Below the pieces are notes generated by a model, which was given only the letters and a program-made list of their open reading frames with translations, did no database searches and was not told the DNA's origin. From Gammaproteobacteria bacterium (GTDB taxonomy: Bacteria > Pseudomonadota > Gammaproteobacteria > Eutrophobiales > Eutrophobiaceae), in the NCBI GenBank assembly GCA_965243205.1, contig CBDEUK010000002.1:704001-768000 (forward strand): a DNA stretch of 64,000 nucleotides. Reading direction: 5' to 3'. Of the stretch, positions 20,906-30,226 are shown in pieces (position 1 is the first letter of the stretch; each line of letters starts with the position of its first letter). Position numbers and translations under genes: made by a program.

Positions 20906-22408
20906 TTATGTGGTGAATGTGCTGGCATTAATTAATGTATGAGCCCAAATACTAGCAAAGTAGCCCAACATAATAGCCCAGCTCCATTTTAAATGGCTGA
21001 AAAAAGTATATATTCCTCTAGCCTGACCCATCACAGCAACTCCAGCAGCTGAACCAACCGATAACATCGAACCTCCGACGCCAGCAGTCAACGTAACTAG
21101 TAACCATTGGCCGAGGTCCATTTCTGGCAACATCGTTAGAACAGCAAACATAACAGGAATATTATCAATTATTGCTGATAAAAATCCGACAATAATATTT
21201 GCTGTTGTAGGCCCCAAATCGACATACATCATTTCAGAAATTAAAGCTAAATAGCCTAAAGTTCCTAAACCACCGACACATAAGATAACACCGTAGAAAA
21301 ACATTAATGTATCCCACTCAGCGCGTGCCAATTTTTTGAATATATCAAACTCTTCTTGATGATCTTCATGAGCTTCATGAGGGTCAGAATCAATATCATA
21401 ATCTTCTACACCTAAAGCTCCAGCGCCAGGATCTTGTAATGCTTTACGTTTACCTTGCATCTTAATGTAATAACCAAATAATTTTAAAAAGCCTAATCCA
21501 GTCATCATGCCAAGCACAGGAGGTAAATGTAAAAAACTATGGGCACATACTGCCATAACAATCGTAAAAATAAATAACCCAACAACTATCATTGCACCAT
21601 ATTTCAAATGAGCGTTTTCAGCTTGAACTTGAGGTTTTTCATTTGGAACAACAAAAGACATTATCGTTGCAGGAATTAACCAGTTAACCAATGATGGAAC
21701 GATTAACATAAAAAATTCTGTAAACTCTACTAACCCACCTTTCTGCCAAACCATTAATGTTGTTATATCTCCGAATGGACTAAATGCACCACCCGCATTA
21801 GCAGCCACAACAATGTTAATACAAGCAACACTGATAAACGCTGTATTCGCTCCTCCAACTGCCATAGCAACAGTTGACATTAATAAGGCAGTCGTTAGGT
21901 TGTCAGCAATAGGTGATAAGCAAAATGAAATTAAACCCGTTAACCAAAATATGGTTCTTAAAGAAAACCCTTGTGATACTAACCATGCTTTTAGAACATT
22001 AAATACACCACGTTCTTCCATGGTATTGATATATGTCATTGCAGCGAGTAAAAATAAAAATAACTCACCAAATTCTAGTAAATTATGTCGAACCGCAATC
22101 TCAGCCGTATGATTATCACCATGACTTGAATATATTAATGCGACAATACACCATATAAGCCCTGCCGCAACCATGACTGGCTTTGACTTCCTAAGATGGA
22201 TAGTTTCTTCGGCTATGACTAAAGAATAAGCAAAACAAAATATAATAACGCAAACAATAGCAGCCCAATGGGAAGTAAAATCAACGAGATGACTCTCGCC
22301 ACTTGCTGCATAACTGATAGAACTAACGAAAAGCAGTACAAAAACACTAAATATTTTAAAAAATAGAGATTCCATATACTTCTTTATTTGAATAGATTGT
22401 ATAGACAT
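20906..22408 (-). CDS. nhaD: NhaD-family Na+/H+ antiporter (likely start 22408)
   Basis: EETIHLRKSKPV, SPIADNLTTAL, ANAGGAFSPFGDITTLMVWQ, SAIIDNIPV; GGAG RBS before ATG 22408. Confidence 0.9.
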   Translation of the reverse strand: MSIQSIQIKKYMESLFFKIFSVFVLLFVSSISYAASGESHLVDFTSHWAAIVCVIIFCFAYSLVIAEETIHLRKSKPVMVAAGLIWCIVALIYSSHGDNHTAEIAVRHNLLEFGELFLFLLAAMTYINTMEERGVFNVLKAWLVSQGFSLRTIFWLTGLISFCLSPIADNLTTALLMSTVAMAVGGANTAFISVACINIVVAANAGGAFSPFGDITTLMVWQKGGLVEFTEFFMLIVPSLVNWLIPATIMSFVVPNEKPQVQAENAHLKYGAMIVVGLFIFTIVMAVCAHSFLHLPPVLGMMTGLGFLKLFGYYIKMQGKRKALQDPGAGALGVEDYDIDSDPHEAHEDHQEEFDIFKKLARAEWDTLMFFYGVILCVGGLGTLGYLALISEMMYVDLGPTTANIIVGFLSAIIDNIPVMFAVLTMLPEMDLGQWLLVTLTAGVGGSMLSVGSAAGVAVMGQARGIYTFFSHLKWSWAIMLGYFASIWAHTLINASTFTT

Positions 22409-22516
22409 CTTATGTTCTCCCAGTTTACAAGTGATTTTACTTATTTTTTTAATAGAATTAATAGTATAGCAAGCAATATTGTTAATCATAGTTAAAGTAA
22501 ATCACATGAATATAAA

Positions 22517-24232
22517 TTAAGCTGCTTCCTTCCACCCAATTTCAACATTTGCTGAACAGCCGTTTTCTGAATAATAAAAACTATCACTTAATGAATTGAT
22601 CAAACCTATACCTCGCCCTTTATAATCAGAATTGGTTTCTAGATAGTAATTTATTTCACTAAAATCAAAACCATCTCCTGAGTTTTTTACTTGTATTGCC
22701 AAAATCCCACCATCACCTTTAGGTATATGTTTGAAAATAAAATCTATTTTTCCAGACTCTAATTTTTTTAATCTTTCATCGCGTAATTCATAATATTTTA
22801 TAAAACCATTTTCATTTTCTTTAATTTTTGAATCTAAATCTAAAATACCATGCTCTAATGCATTAGAATATAATTCAGTTAAGATAATATATAATTTTGA
22901 TCTTGATATCTGAATACCTTGTAATTCAATCAATTGATTTATGATTGATGGAATAGGATCAATTTCTTTCATCACATTATAATCAATTGAAATATTAAGA
23001 GACCATTCAGAAGACGTTCTCTTTAATATGTTAGTATAATTTTCGCTTTTCTTTTCGATTAAATTTGGATCACTTTGTATTTCTACCAATGTAACATCAT
23101 CAAAACTTTCTTTTTCTCCCATAAATTTTCGGAAAGTATTAATAATTTTTTCATAGGCAGTGAATCCGTCATATGATTTTTTAATAGTGTTGATCAAATT
23201 ATCTTTACCAAATATTTCACCTTGATTATTTTTAGACTCTATCAAGCCATCCGAATAAATAAATATTTTAGTAAATTCATCAATTTTTATATTCTTAACT
23301 CGAAAATTATTTTTTTCTCTACTCTGTATACCTAATGGCACAAATTCAGACGATACAGTCTCTATCTCATTTGACTTGCTGTTATACAATATGACATCAG
23401 GCAACCCCGCCTGGATAATGGACAAGTTATTCTCTTCATAATTTATTTCTATAAGACAACCGGCCATAAATCGATTTATGGGTAATATAAATTTTAGTTT
23501 TTTATTTATCTCATTAGCTACTTCGAAAATAGAAAATCCTTTAGAAATCATAGAATAAAAAATATCCGAAACCATCATGCTACCAATAGCAGCAGGCAAT
23601 CCATGCCCTGTAAAATCACCTAACAAAATATTTTGCTTACCTGAAGGACTGATTTCTGTAAGAAAAATATCACCCGACATAATCTCTGCTGGTTGTTCAT
23701 ACAACTTTATATTTTTTATTCTTGTAGAATCAAATGCAGTTCGTTTTTTTATAATCTGATTAGAAATAGTCAAATCTTCATAATGTTGAAGTTCATTCTC
23801 ATATAGCTCTTCTTGTTTGCTCGCAATAGAATCCATTTTTTCTTTGATACGCAACCATGATTGTATTTTTATCATTAAAAGATATTCTTCATAGGGTTTA
23901 AGCAAAATATCATCAGCGCCAAGCTCAATAATCTTTTCATGACTTTTTTGATTATCATAACCAGTAAGAAATATAACGGGTATTTTTTTCTTATTATCAA
24001 CAGATTTTATTTTTTCTAAACACTCTATGCCATCCATAACTGGCATCATGTAATCCAAAAGAATAAGATCAAAATCATAGCTTAAAAATAACTCAAAACC
24101 TTTTTTTCCATTTTCTGCTTCAGAAAAACTATATCCTTGATTATCTAAATAAGCTTTCAGCAAACTCCTTTCGGTTTTATCATCATCTATAATTAAAATA
24201 TTATATTTTTTATTCATATTCATTATCGACAT
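22517..24232 (-). CDS. REC-PP2C(SpoIIE)-HATPase response regulator, HsbR-like
   Basis: REC (DD, LLDYMMP, KP); PP2C (SGD, GDFTGHG, YSDG, DDVT); kinase (ELYSNALEHG, GRGI). Confidence 0.88.
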   Translation of the reverse strand: MSIMNMNKKYNILIIDDDKTERSLLKAYLDNQGYSFSEAENGKKGFELFLSYDFDLILLDYMMPVMDGIECLEKIKSVDNKKKIPVIFLTGYDNQKSHEKIIELGADDILLKPYEEYLLMIKIQSWLRIKEKMDSIASKQEELYENELQHYEDLTISNQIIKKRTAFDSTRIKNIKLYEQPAEIMSGDIFLTEISPSGKQNILLGDFTGHGLPAAIGSMMVSDIFYSMISKGFSIFEVANEINKKLKFILPINRFMAGCLIEINYEENNLSIIQAGLPDVILYNSKSNEIETVSSEFVPLGIQSREKNNFRVKNIKIDEFTKIFIYSDGLIESKNNQGEIFGKDNLINTIKKSYDGFTAYEKIINTFRKFMGEKESFDDVTLVEIQSDPNLIEKKSENYTNILKRTSSEWSLNISIDYNVMKEIDPIPSIINQLIELQGIQISRSKLYIILTELYSNALEHGILDLDSKIKENENGFIKYYELRDERLKKLESGKIDFIFKHIPKGDGGILAIQVKNSGDGFDFSEINYYLETNSDYKGRGIGLINSLSDSFYYSENGCSANVEIGWKEAA

Positions 24233-24237
24233 TTAAA

Positions 24238-24534
24238 CTATTTAACGATCATTAATTGATCAAAATTAGCTACTTTTAGAATTTCTTTAATATTGCTATT
24301 GGCATTTTCTATTACTACTGATTCTGCATTATCTCCTGCATATTCTTTTACTTGTAAAAGCATACCTAATGCTGAACTATCCATATAGTTAGTTTGCCCC
24401 ATATCGATTCTATATAGCTGGCATTGATCGGACATGTAAGCATCGCGTAATTCCTTATGAATATGGAAGTCAAATTTATCTGGCATCATAATCCTCATAC
24501 TTCTTCCATCATCAAGCAATTCTTTTCTAATCAT
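24238..24534 (-). CDS. STAS anti-anti-sigma factor, HsbA-like
   Basis: FDFHIH, YMDSSALGMLL phospho-Ser motif, ILKVANF. Confidence 0.9.
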   Translation of the reverse strand: MIRKELLDDGRSMRIMMPDKFDFHIHKELRDAYMSDQCQLYRIDMGQTNYMDSSALGMLLQVKEYAGDNAESVVIENANSNIKEILKVANFDQLMIVK

Positions 24535-24560
24535 ATTTATTCACCTATCTTAAGTGTTAA

Positions 24561-25865
24561 CTAGAATAAACTTACATCACCAGAGACCATATTTTTTTGA
24601 TCTGCAATTTTCTTACTGGATGCTTCATTAAAGTCTGCATTCATTTGAACTATTTCTTCTCTTAGTTTTTTAACATTCGATTGATATTCATAATTATCTT
24701 TTGATTTTTCTATATCTAAAATTTCATTATTAACATGTTCAACAAAATTCTCGAGAAGCATTATTTTTTTATCAGCATGTTCTGCTATCTGACGTACAAT
24801 ATCTTCGTACTGAAGATTTTGTATCGCATTATTGGTATTATCTGATATCTGAGTATTGACAACGGATATTTTCCCAATAGATTCATTCATAAATTCATCA
24901 AACTGTGTTAATGAATCCATCATTTTATCTATTTTAGATTTTTCACTAATAATATTATTCATATCTTTAGAAGCAGATTCTCCTACTAATGATTTTGCCT
25001 CATCAATTGTTAATTGAGCAGCTTCTACTTTTTGTCTTATTTTTTCGTTAAAATCATTTGAGCTTATTGATAAGTTTCGAACTTCATCTGCTACAACAGC
25101 AAAGCCTCTACCTGCATCCCCTGCTCTTGCAGCTTCAATAGCTGCATTCAAAGCTAACAAATTGGTTTTATCTGAAATAGATTTAACATCTGATAGCATC
25201 TCGAATATTTCTTCTAATTGTTCGTACATAAAATCAATTTTATTCACCGTATTCATACTGTATTTACTACTCATCACCATATTTTCAACAAAATCTTTTA
25301 ATACGTTTGATGTTGCCTCTACAAAACTACTAATACCTATACGTTCTATTTTTTCTTCTTGTTGTTGTTCTTGTCCTTCATTTATTTCTTCATAAACGTC
25401 ATCTTCTGAACTCTCATTATGAATATTGGCTGCCTCATTAATTTTGGAAAACATTACTTCAACAATTTCTTTTTGTTCCATAGCATCTTTGCTTAAACCA
25501 TGAAAGCTGTGATTCAAAACTCCTGCACTTTCACAAACCAAATCTTTGATTTGATCAATTTCCACAACAACCGACTTCATACCATTACTGACAATATCAT
25601 TCACTTCATTTACTAATTTATGAATCTCGTCTTGATTTACTCGATATTCAGAAGAAACATTCTCTTCAGATAATTCCTGACTATAATTTTTTTCAAAAAA
25701 TATAATTGAAAAAAACCAGGCTAGAGTTACTCCAACAACATATAAGAACTGATATTCAGGATAAATATCAAAGAATGATAAAACTATCATCAAACAACTC
25801 ATTATTATTGCAATTGAAAATTTTTTCAGATTTTCGATAAACATCCTATATTCGTCCATTAACAT
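24561..25865 (-). CDS. McpA-like chemoreceptor (TM hairpin, no periplasmic sensor domain)
   Basis: [30 protein letters not shown]; LQYEDIVRQ; C-terminal GDVSLF. Confidence 0.88.
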   Translation of the reverse strand: MLMDEYRMFIENLKKFSIAIIMSCLMIVLSFFDIYPEYQFLYVVGVTLAWFFSIIFFEKNYSQELSEENVSSEYRVNQDEIHKLVNEVNDIVSNGMKSVVVEIDQIKDLVCESAGVLNHSFHGLSKDAMEQKEIVEVMFSKINEAANIHNESSEDDVYEEINEGQEQQQEEKIERIGISSFVEATSNVLKDFVENMVMSSKYSMNTVNKIDFMYEQLEEIFEMLSDVKSISDKTNLLALNAAIEAARAGDAGRGFAVVADEVRNLSISSNDFNEKIRQKVEAAQLTIDEAKSLVGESASKDMNNIISEKSKIDKMMDSLTQFDEFMNESIGKISVVNTQISDNTNNAIQNLQYEDIVRQIAEHADKKIMLLENFVEHVNNEILDIEKSKDNYEYQSNVKKLREEIVQMNADFNEASSKKIADQKNMVSGDVSLF

Positions 25866-25905
25866 TTATTAAAACAATTTAAAAAATTGTATCTAGATGT
25901 GAAAA

Positions 25906-25932
25906 ATATCGGCCTTTTTACCTATTCCTTTA
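25906..25932 (-). promoter_or_regulatory. Sigma28 (FliA) promoter for mcpA-hsbA-hsbR
   Basis: TAAA-N15-GCCGATAT on the minus strand. Confidence 0.8.
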
Positions 25933-25936
25933 GGAA

Positions 25937-26974
25937 TTAGGCAGCTCTGTTTAGCTCTATTAGTTCTGAAGTAATTTGATTGAGAGGAATTATTTTATTA
26001 ACCGCTTTGATTTTGACTGCTTCGCCTGGCATACCCCAAACGACGCTAGATTGCTCATCTTGTGCAATGGTAAAAGCACCATGTTCCTGCATATTTTTTA
26101 GACCAACAGCACCATCAGCCCCCATTCCAGTCAAAATAATGCCTGTTGCATTTTGACCGACATTTTCAGCAATTGAATTAAACAAGACCTCGACAGAAGG
26201 CTTATGGCGATTAACCGCTGGGCCATCATCTAATTGAGCTAAAAATTTAGCCCCATTTCTAACGACTTTTAAATGTTTATCACCTGGAGCGACGTAAGCA
26301 TGTCCAGGTAGTATTTGCTGGCCATCTGAGGCTTCGTAGACTTTTAATTTTGATAAGCTATCTAGTCTTTTTGCAAAGGAGGAGCTAAAACCTGCTGGAA
26401 TATGTTGACTTATCACAATACCAGGAGAGTCTGGTGGTAAATCAATTAAGATATCTTTTATTGCTTCAGTACCTCCAGTTGAGGCACCAATAGCAATAAT
26501 TTGATCGGTTGTTTTAAAATGTTTTGTTCTATTTGAAGATTGGTTACTATTTAATTTAGTCTCGTCATAAACTTGTATTTTTGCTTCTGAAGCAACAATA
26601 ATTTTATCTATCAACTCATTTTTATAGTTATTAATCGTTTCTGCTACATCCGTTTTTGGCTTTGTTACAAAATCAATTGCTCCTGAATCAAGTGCATCTA
26701 AGGTCACTTCATTACCTTTTTCTGTTAATGTTGATACCATGACAACTGGCAACGGATGTAATCGCATTAAGTTCCTTAAAAAGGTTAAGCCGTCCATATT
26801 TGGCATTTCAACATCAAGCGTTAAAACATCAGGGCGTAATTTTTTAATTTTATCTCTTGCTATATACGGATCTGCTGCGGCACCAACGACTTTAATTCTT
26901 GGATCGGATTCTAATAACTCCGTTAATAATTTTCGTATTAAAGCTGAATCGTCAACAATTAAAACTTTTATCAT
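25937..26974 (-). CDS. cheB: Chemotaxis methylesterase
   Basis: REC domain; GASTGG, QHIP, LTGMGADG. Confidence 0.97.
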   Translation of the reverse strand: MIKVLIVDDSALIRKLLTELLESDPRIKVVGAAADPYIARDKIKKLRPDVLTLDVEMPNMDGLTFLRNLMRLHPLPVVMVSTLTEKGNEVTLDALDSGAIDFVTKPKTDVAETINNYKNELIDKIIVASEAKIQVYDETKLNSNQSSNRTKHFKTTDQIIAIGASTGGTEAIKDILIDLPPDSPGIVISQHIPAGFSSSFAKRLDSLSKLKVYEASDGQQILPGHAYVAPGDKHLKVVRNGAKFLAQLDDGPAVNRHKPSVEVLFNSIAENVGQNATGIILTGMGADGAVGLKNMQEHGAFTIAQDEQSSVVWGMPGEAVKIKAVNKIIPLNQITSELIELNRAA

Positions 26975-26991
26975 TAGAGTACCCTACATTC

Positions 26992-27618
26992 TTAAAATAA
27001 TTCAATTTCGCCAGTAACAGCTGGTTCTGAAACAATTTCTTTACTATATTGTTTTTCTTGTGCAACTACTTCATTATTTACTGATTTAAGTTTTTTAATT
27101 TTCAATGATCCCGTGAGAGGGCAATAGCGAACCTTACGTGGATATATATCGCCTACATCTTCAGAAACAATTGATAAATTTTCAATGGATAAATATTCTT
27201 TTACGAATTGAATATTTTTTTCGCCAATATCTGAAGCAGATTCAAACATTCTGCCACCACCAGTTACTTTTACCTCAAGATTTTTCCTTATCCCACCATT
27301 TTTTAATATGTCATTTATCATATGCTCCATTGCATAGTTACCATATCGTGTTGACAGGCTATTCCATGAATTTTGCCCTGAGCTGTTTTCTGGCAACATA
27401 AAATGATTCATACCACCAATTTTTAATTTCTTGTCACGTATACAGGCTGATATACATGAACCTAATACTGTTTCTATGATCTCATTATTACGTGTCACGT
27501 AATATTCACCTGGTAATATTTTAGCTACTTGAACATTACGTGCTTTATCCCAATAACGTTTTATTTCTTCAAAACCTTCTAACGCAGCATCTAATGTATT
27601 ATTTATATTTATTGTCAT
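26992..27618 (-). CDS. cheD: Chemoreceptor glutamine deamidase
   Basis: KILPGEYYV, TVLGSCISAC, GGMNHFMLP. Confidence 0.96.
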   Translation of the reverse strand: MTININNTLDAALEGFEEIKRYWDKARNVQVAKILPGEYYVTRNNEIIETVLGSCISACIRDKKLKIGGMNHFMLPENSSGQNSWNSLSTRYGNYAMEHMINDILKNGGIRKNLEVKVTGGGRMFESASDIGEKNIQFVKEYLSIENLSIVSEDVGDIYPRKVRYCPLTGSLKIKKLKSVNNEVVAQEKQYSKEIVSEPAVTGEIELF

Positions 27619-27621
27619 CAG

Positions 27622-28461
27622 TTATTTCCTTTGATAGATGGTTTTTCCTAATAATTTAAAATCATCGTTGACATTAAATAATGATTCGGAATGACCTAAC
27701 ATTAAATACGAATCTGAATTCATTTGATTAGCTATCTTTTTAAATAAGAAGGCTTGTGTTTCTTTATTAAAATAGATAATAACGTTTCGACAAAAAACCA
27801 CATCGAAAGATTTTCTCATTGGCCAATCATGCATTAAATTTAGCTGTTTGAATGTTATCAAATCCCTTAATGCTTTAGATGCTTTTAACATTCCTTCGTT
27901 TTCACCTCTCCCTTTACGAAAATATTTTTTTATTTGAGAGTCAGTTAATCCTTTGGTGTCATCTTCATTATAGACACCTGTTTTTCCTACATTCAAAACA
28001 TCGGTATCAATATCTGTCGCCAGAATTTTCACATCCCAACCATTAAGGTTAACTGGGGATTCTTTTATGGCAATCGCAATGCTGTATGGCTCTTTACCAG
28101 TAGAACAGGCACAAGACCATATTCTTATTCTTCTATCATATTGATGTTTTAATTTAAGTTCGGGAAGAATTGTCTTTGAAAGGTACTCAAAATGATGCTC
28201 TTCACGAAAAAATCCTGTTAAATTTGTAGTAACTGAATTAATGAAATGTTTTATTTCACTATCGTTATTTTTTGAGCTAATTAATTGACAATATTCATCA
28301 AAATTATTTAATGAAAGTGAACGAATTCTTTTAGAAATCCTACTGTATACCAACTGACTTTTTGTATCTGGCATTGTAATACCAGTATGATCATAAATCA
28401 GGCCACAAATCTTTTTAAAATGTCTATCCGTATAATCAAATTGTTTTTGAGCTAACTCCAT
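27622..28461 (-). CDS. cheR: Chemotaxis methyltransferase
   Basis: TTNLTGFFREEHHF, CSTGKEPYS, ATDID, FCRNVIIYF, LGHSE. Confidence 0.96.
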   Translation of the reverse strand: MELAQKQFDYTDRHFKKICGLIYDHTGITMPDTKSQLVYSRISKRIRSLSLNNFDEYCQLISSKNNDSEIKHFINSVTTNLTGFFREEHHFEYLSKTILPELKLKHQYDRRIRIWSCACSTGKEPYSIAIAIKESPVNLNGWDVKILATDIDTDVLNVGKTGVYNEDDTKGLTDSQIKKYFRKGRGENEGMLKASKALRDLITFKQLNLMHDWPMRKSFDVVFCRNVIIYFNKETQAFLFKKIANQMNSDSYLMLGHSESLFNVNDDFKLLGKTIYQRK

Positions 28462-28463
28462 TT

Positions 28464-29021
28464 TTAAAACATCTCTATCTCAGATGCTTCATCCTCACCT
28501 TTCTCTTTTAATTTTTCGATTAATTCTTCCTTTGAAACACCTTCCATAAACTGATCGAATATTTCTCTTTGTCGATCCATGTTATAGGTAGAACGAATCT
28601 GATTTTGCAAGGCATTCCATTCATATGGATGATACAACTTAGACTGATCAGAAACGATTTCTGACAAAGAGTCCAGGCTATAACATACATGATCTAATTG
28701 TTGAGACACTCTATCGAAAAATTGAAATGTCACAATTGCCGACTGGATTTGTTGATTTAAATTAGCACATTTTTCTTGTAGAGCCTGATAATCATCTTCA
28801 CTGAATTTTTCTTTATTATTTTCAACGATTTCTTTGATAATGAAAGTCTCAGAACCCATCGTTGTAAAGCTATTTCCTAATTTACCTACAGACTCCTCAC
28901 CATCATGCATAGAATTTGATACGTGAGCGACTGCTAAATTTAACATTTTGACTGTTTCTCTGACTTGGCTCCAATCAAGATCAGGCTTCGATGAGTTGGA
29001 TTGATTATAATTTTCTGACAT
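28464..29021 (-). CDS. Helical chemotaxis-associated protein, CheZ-like DxxxQ motif
   Basis: FQFFDRVSQQLDHV, C-terminal SEIEMF; inside che operon. Confidence 0.55.
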   Translation of the reverse strand: MSENYNQSNSSKPDLDWSQVRETVKMLNLAVAHVSNSMHDGEESVGKLGNSFTTMGSETFIIKEIVENNKEKFSEDDYQALQEKCANLNQQIQSAIVTFQFFDRVSQQLDHVCYSLDSLSEIVSDQSKLYHPYEWNALQNQIRSTYNMDRQREIFDQFMEGVSKEELIEKLKEKGEDEASEIEMF

Positions 29022-29043
29022 ATTTATTCTCCACTTACGACTA

Positions 29044-29430
29044 CTAATTAAATGTGTTATCCAACCCCATTAAATTCACTGATTGTTTAAAATAATCGTT
29101 TCCGTTTAAAAATTGAATATCGATTAATTTATCATCTGCGGTTTTTTTAAGTGATGTTAAAAATTGTATTGATGCAGCATCTAATTTAGATACCTGTGAA
29201 ACATCGATGTGAATATTTTTTAAATTTTTAAATTTTTCATTGATATCTTTATATGCAGCATCAAGATTTCTAATATCGAAATTTTTATCTAATTTTAAAG
29301 AATAAGTTTCTTCTGATGATTCTTCATTATTAGAAGCATTTTCTGAAGATAATTCTTTTTTTACATCTTCAACTTCAGATTTATTCATCCAATCGAGTGG
29401 ATCGACTCCTATTAAATTTTCTTCACTCAT
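29044..29430 (-). CDS. STAS-domain protein with N-terminal GVDPLDW peptide and acidic linker
   Basis: IHIDVSQVSKLDAASIQFL (STAS_2-like). Confidence 0.8.
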   Translation of the reverse strand: MSEENLIGVDPLDWMNKSEVEDVKKELSSENASNNEESSEETYSLKLDKNFDIRNLDAAYKDINEKFKNLKNIHIDVSQVSKLDAASIQFLTSLKKTADDKLIDIQFLNGNDYFKQSVNLMGLDNTFN

Positions 29431-29445
29431 AAATTCACCATTCTT

Positions 29446-30201
29446 TTACATCACATAATTATTTTGTACATCATTAGCCAAAGAAAAGTAATCTTCTGCA
29501 GCAATGCTTTTTTTATGATAATCAAATATTGATTTGCCAGCAGTAGGACATTCAGCCAATGCCGCAACTTCTCTGACTCTAGTCTTCAATATTTTATTTG
29601 GGAAATACATTTGAAGCTTTCTTAATACTTCTTTAGGCAGACGTCTTCTATTTTGAAATCTTGTCATGACAATTTTTTCATCGGCTTTGTAACCTAAACG
29701 CTGCTCAAATTTCCTTAATGTTCCCATAAGAAAAGATAATCCTTGCAACGATAAATAATCACCATTTACCGGTACGATAATTTCTTTGGTAGCTAGTAAC
29801 GCATTAACGACTAACAAACCTGAAGATGGAGGGCAATCAATCAAAACATAATCTTCATCCTGAAACTTATTTTTTAATGCTTTTCTAAGCAATAAACCTC
29901 GTTCTGAACCACCTGTTTTTATTGCTTCTAATCGATTTAAATCTGGACCAGCAGTAATTACTTTTAAACCATCTTTTAAATCAATTGTTTTCGAAGTAAC
30001 ATCAGACTGATTCAATAGCACATCATCCATACCTTTTATTGAATGATCAAAAACTCCTAAACTCTTTGCCAGATGACCTTGAGGATCCAGATCAATTGCT
30101 GTCACTTTGTTTCCTTGTAAAGCTAAAGCATGGGCAAGGTTCGTTGTTGTTGTTGTCTTACCAACCCCGCCCTTTTGATTAATGATGGCTATCGTTCTCA
30201 T
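29446..30201 (-). CDS. ParA/ParC-family ATPase (chemosensory array positioning)
   Basis: NQKGGVGKTT, IDLDPQG, LIDCPPS; embedded in che operon. Confidence 0.9.
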   Translation of the reverse strand: MRTIAIINQKGGVGKTTTTTNLAHALALQGNKVTAIDLDPQGHLAKSLGVFDHSIKGMDDVLLNQSDVTSKTIDLKDGLKVITAGPDLNRLEAIKTGGSERGLLLRKALKNKFQDEDYVLIDCPPSSGLLVVNALLATKEIIVPVNGDYLSLQGLSFLMGTLRKFEQRLGYKADEKIVMTRFQNRRRLPKEVLRKLQMYFPNKILKTRVREVAALAECPTAGKSIFDYHKKSIAAEDYFSLANDVQNNYVM

Positions 30202-30226
30202 CTTATTATCCTAATATTGATATTAA

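Noticed and set aside
28080-28115. CheR motif STGKEPYS instead of STGEEPYS
   Set aside because: That position varies naturally (E/Q/K); not evidence of inactivation.
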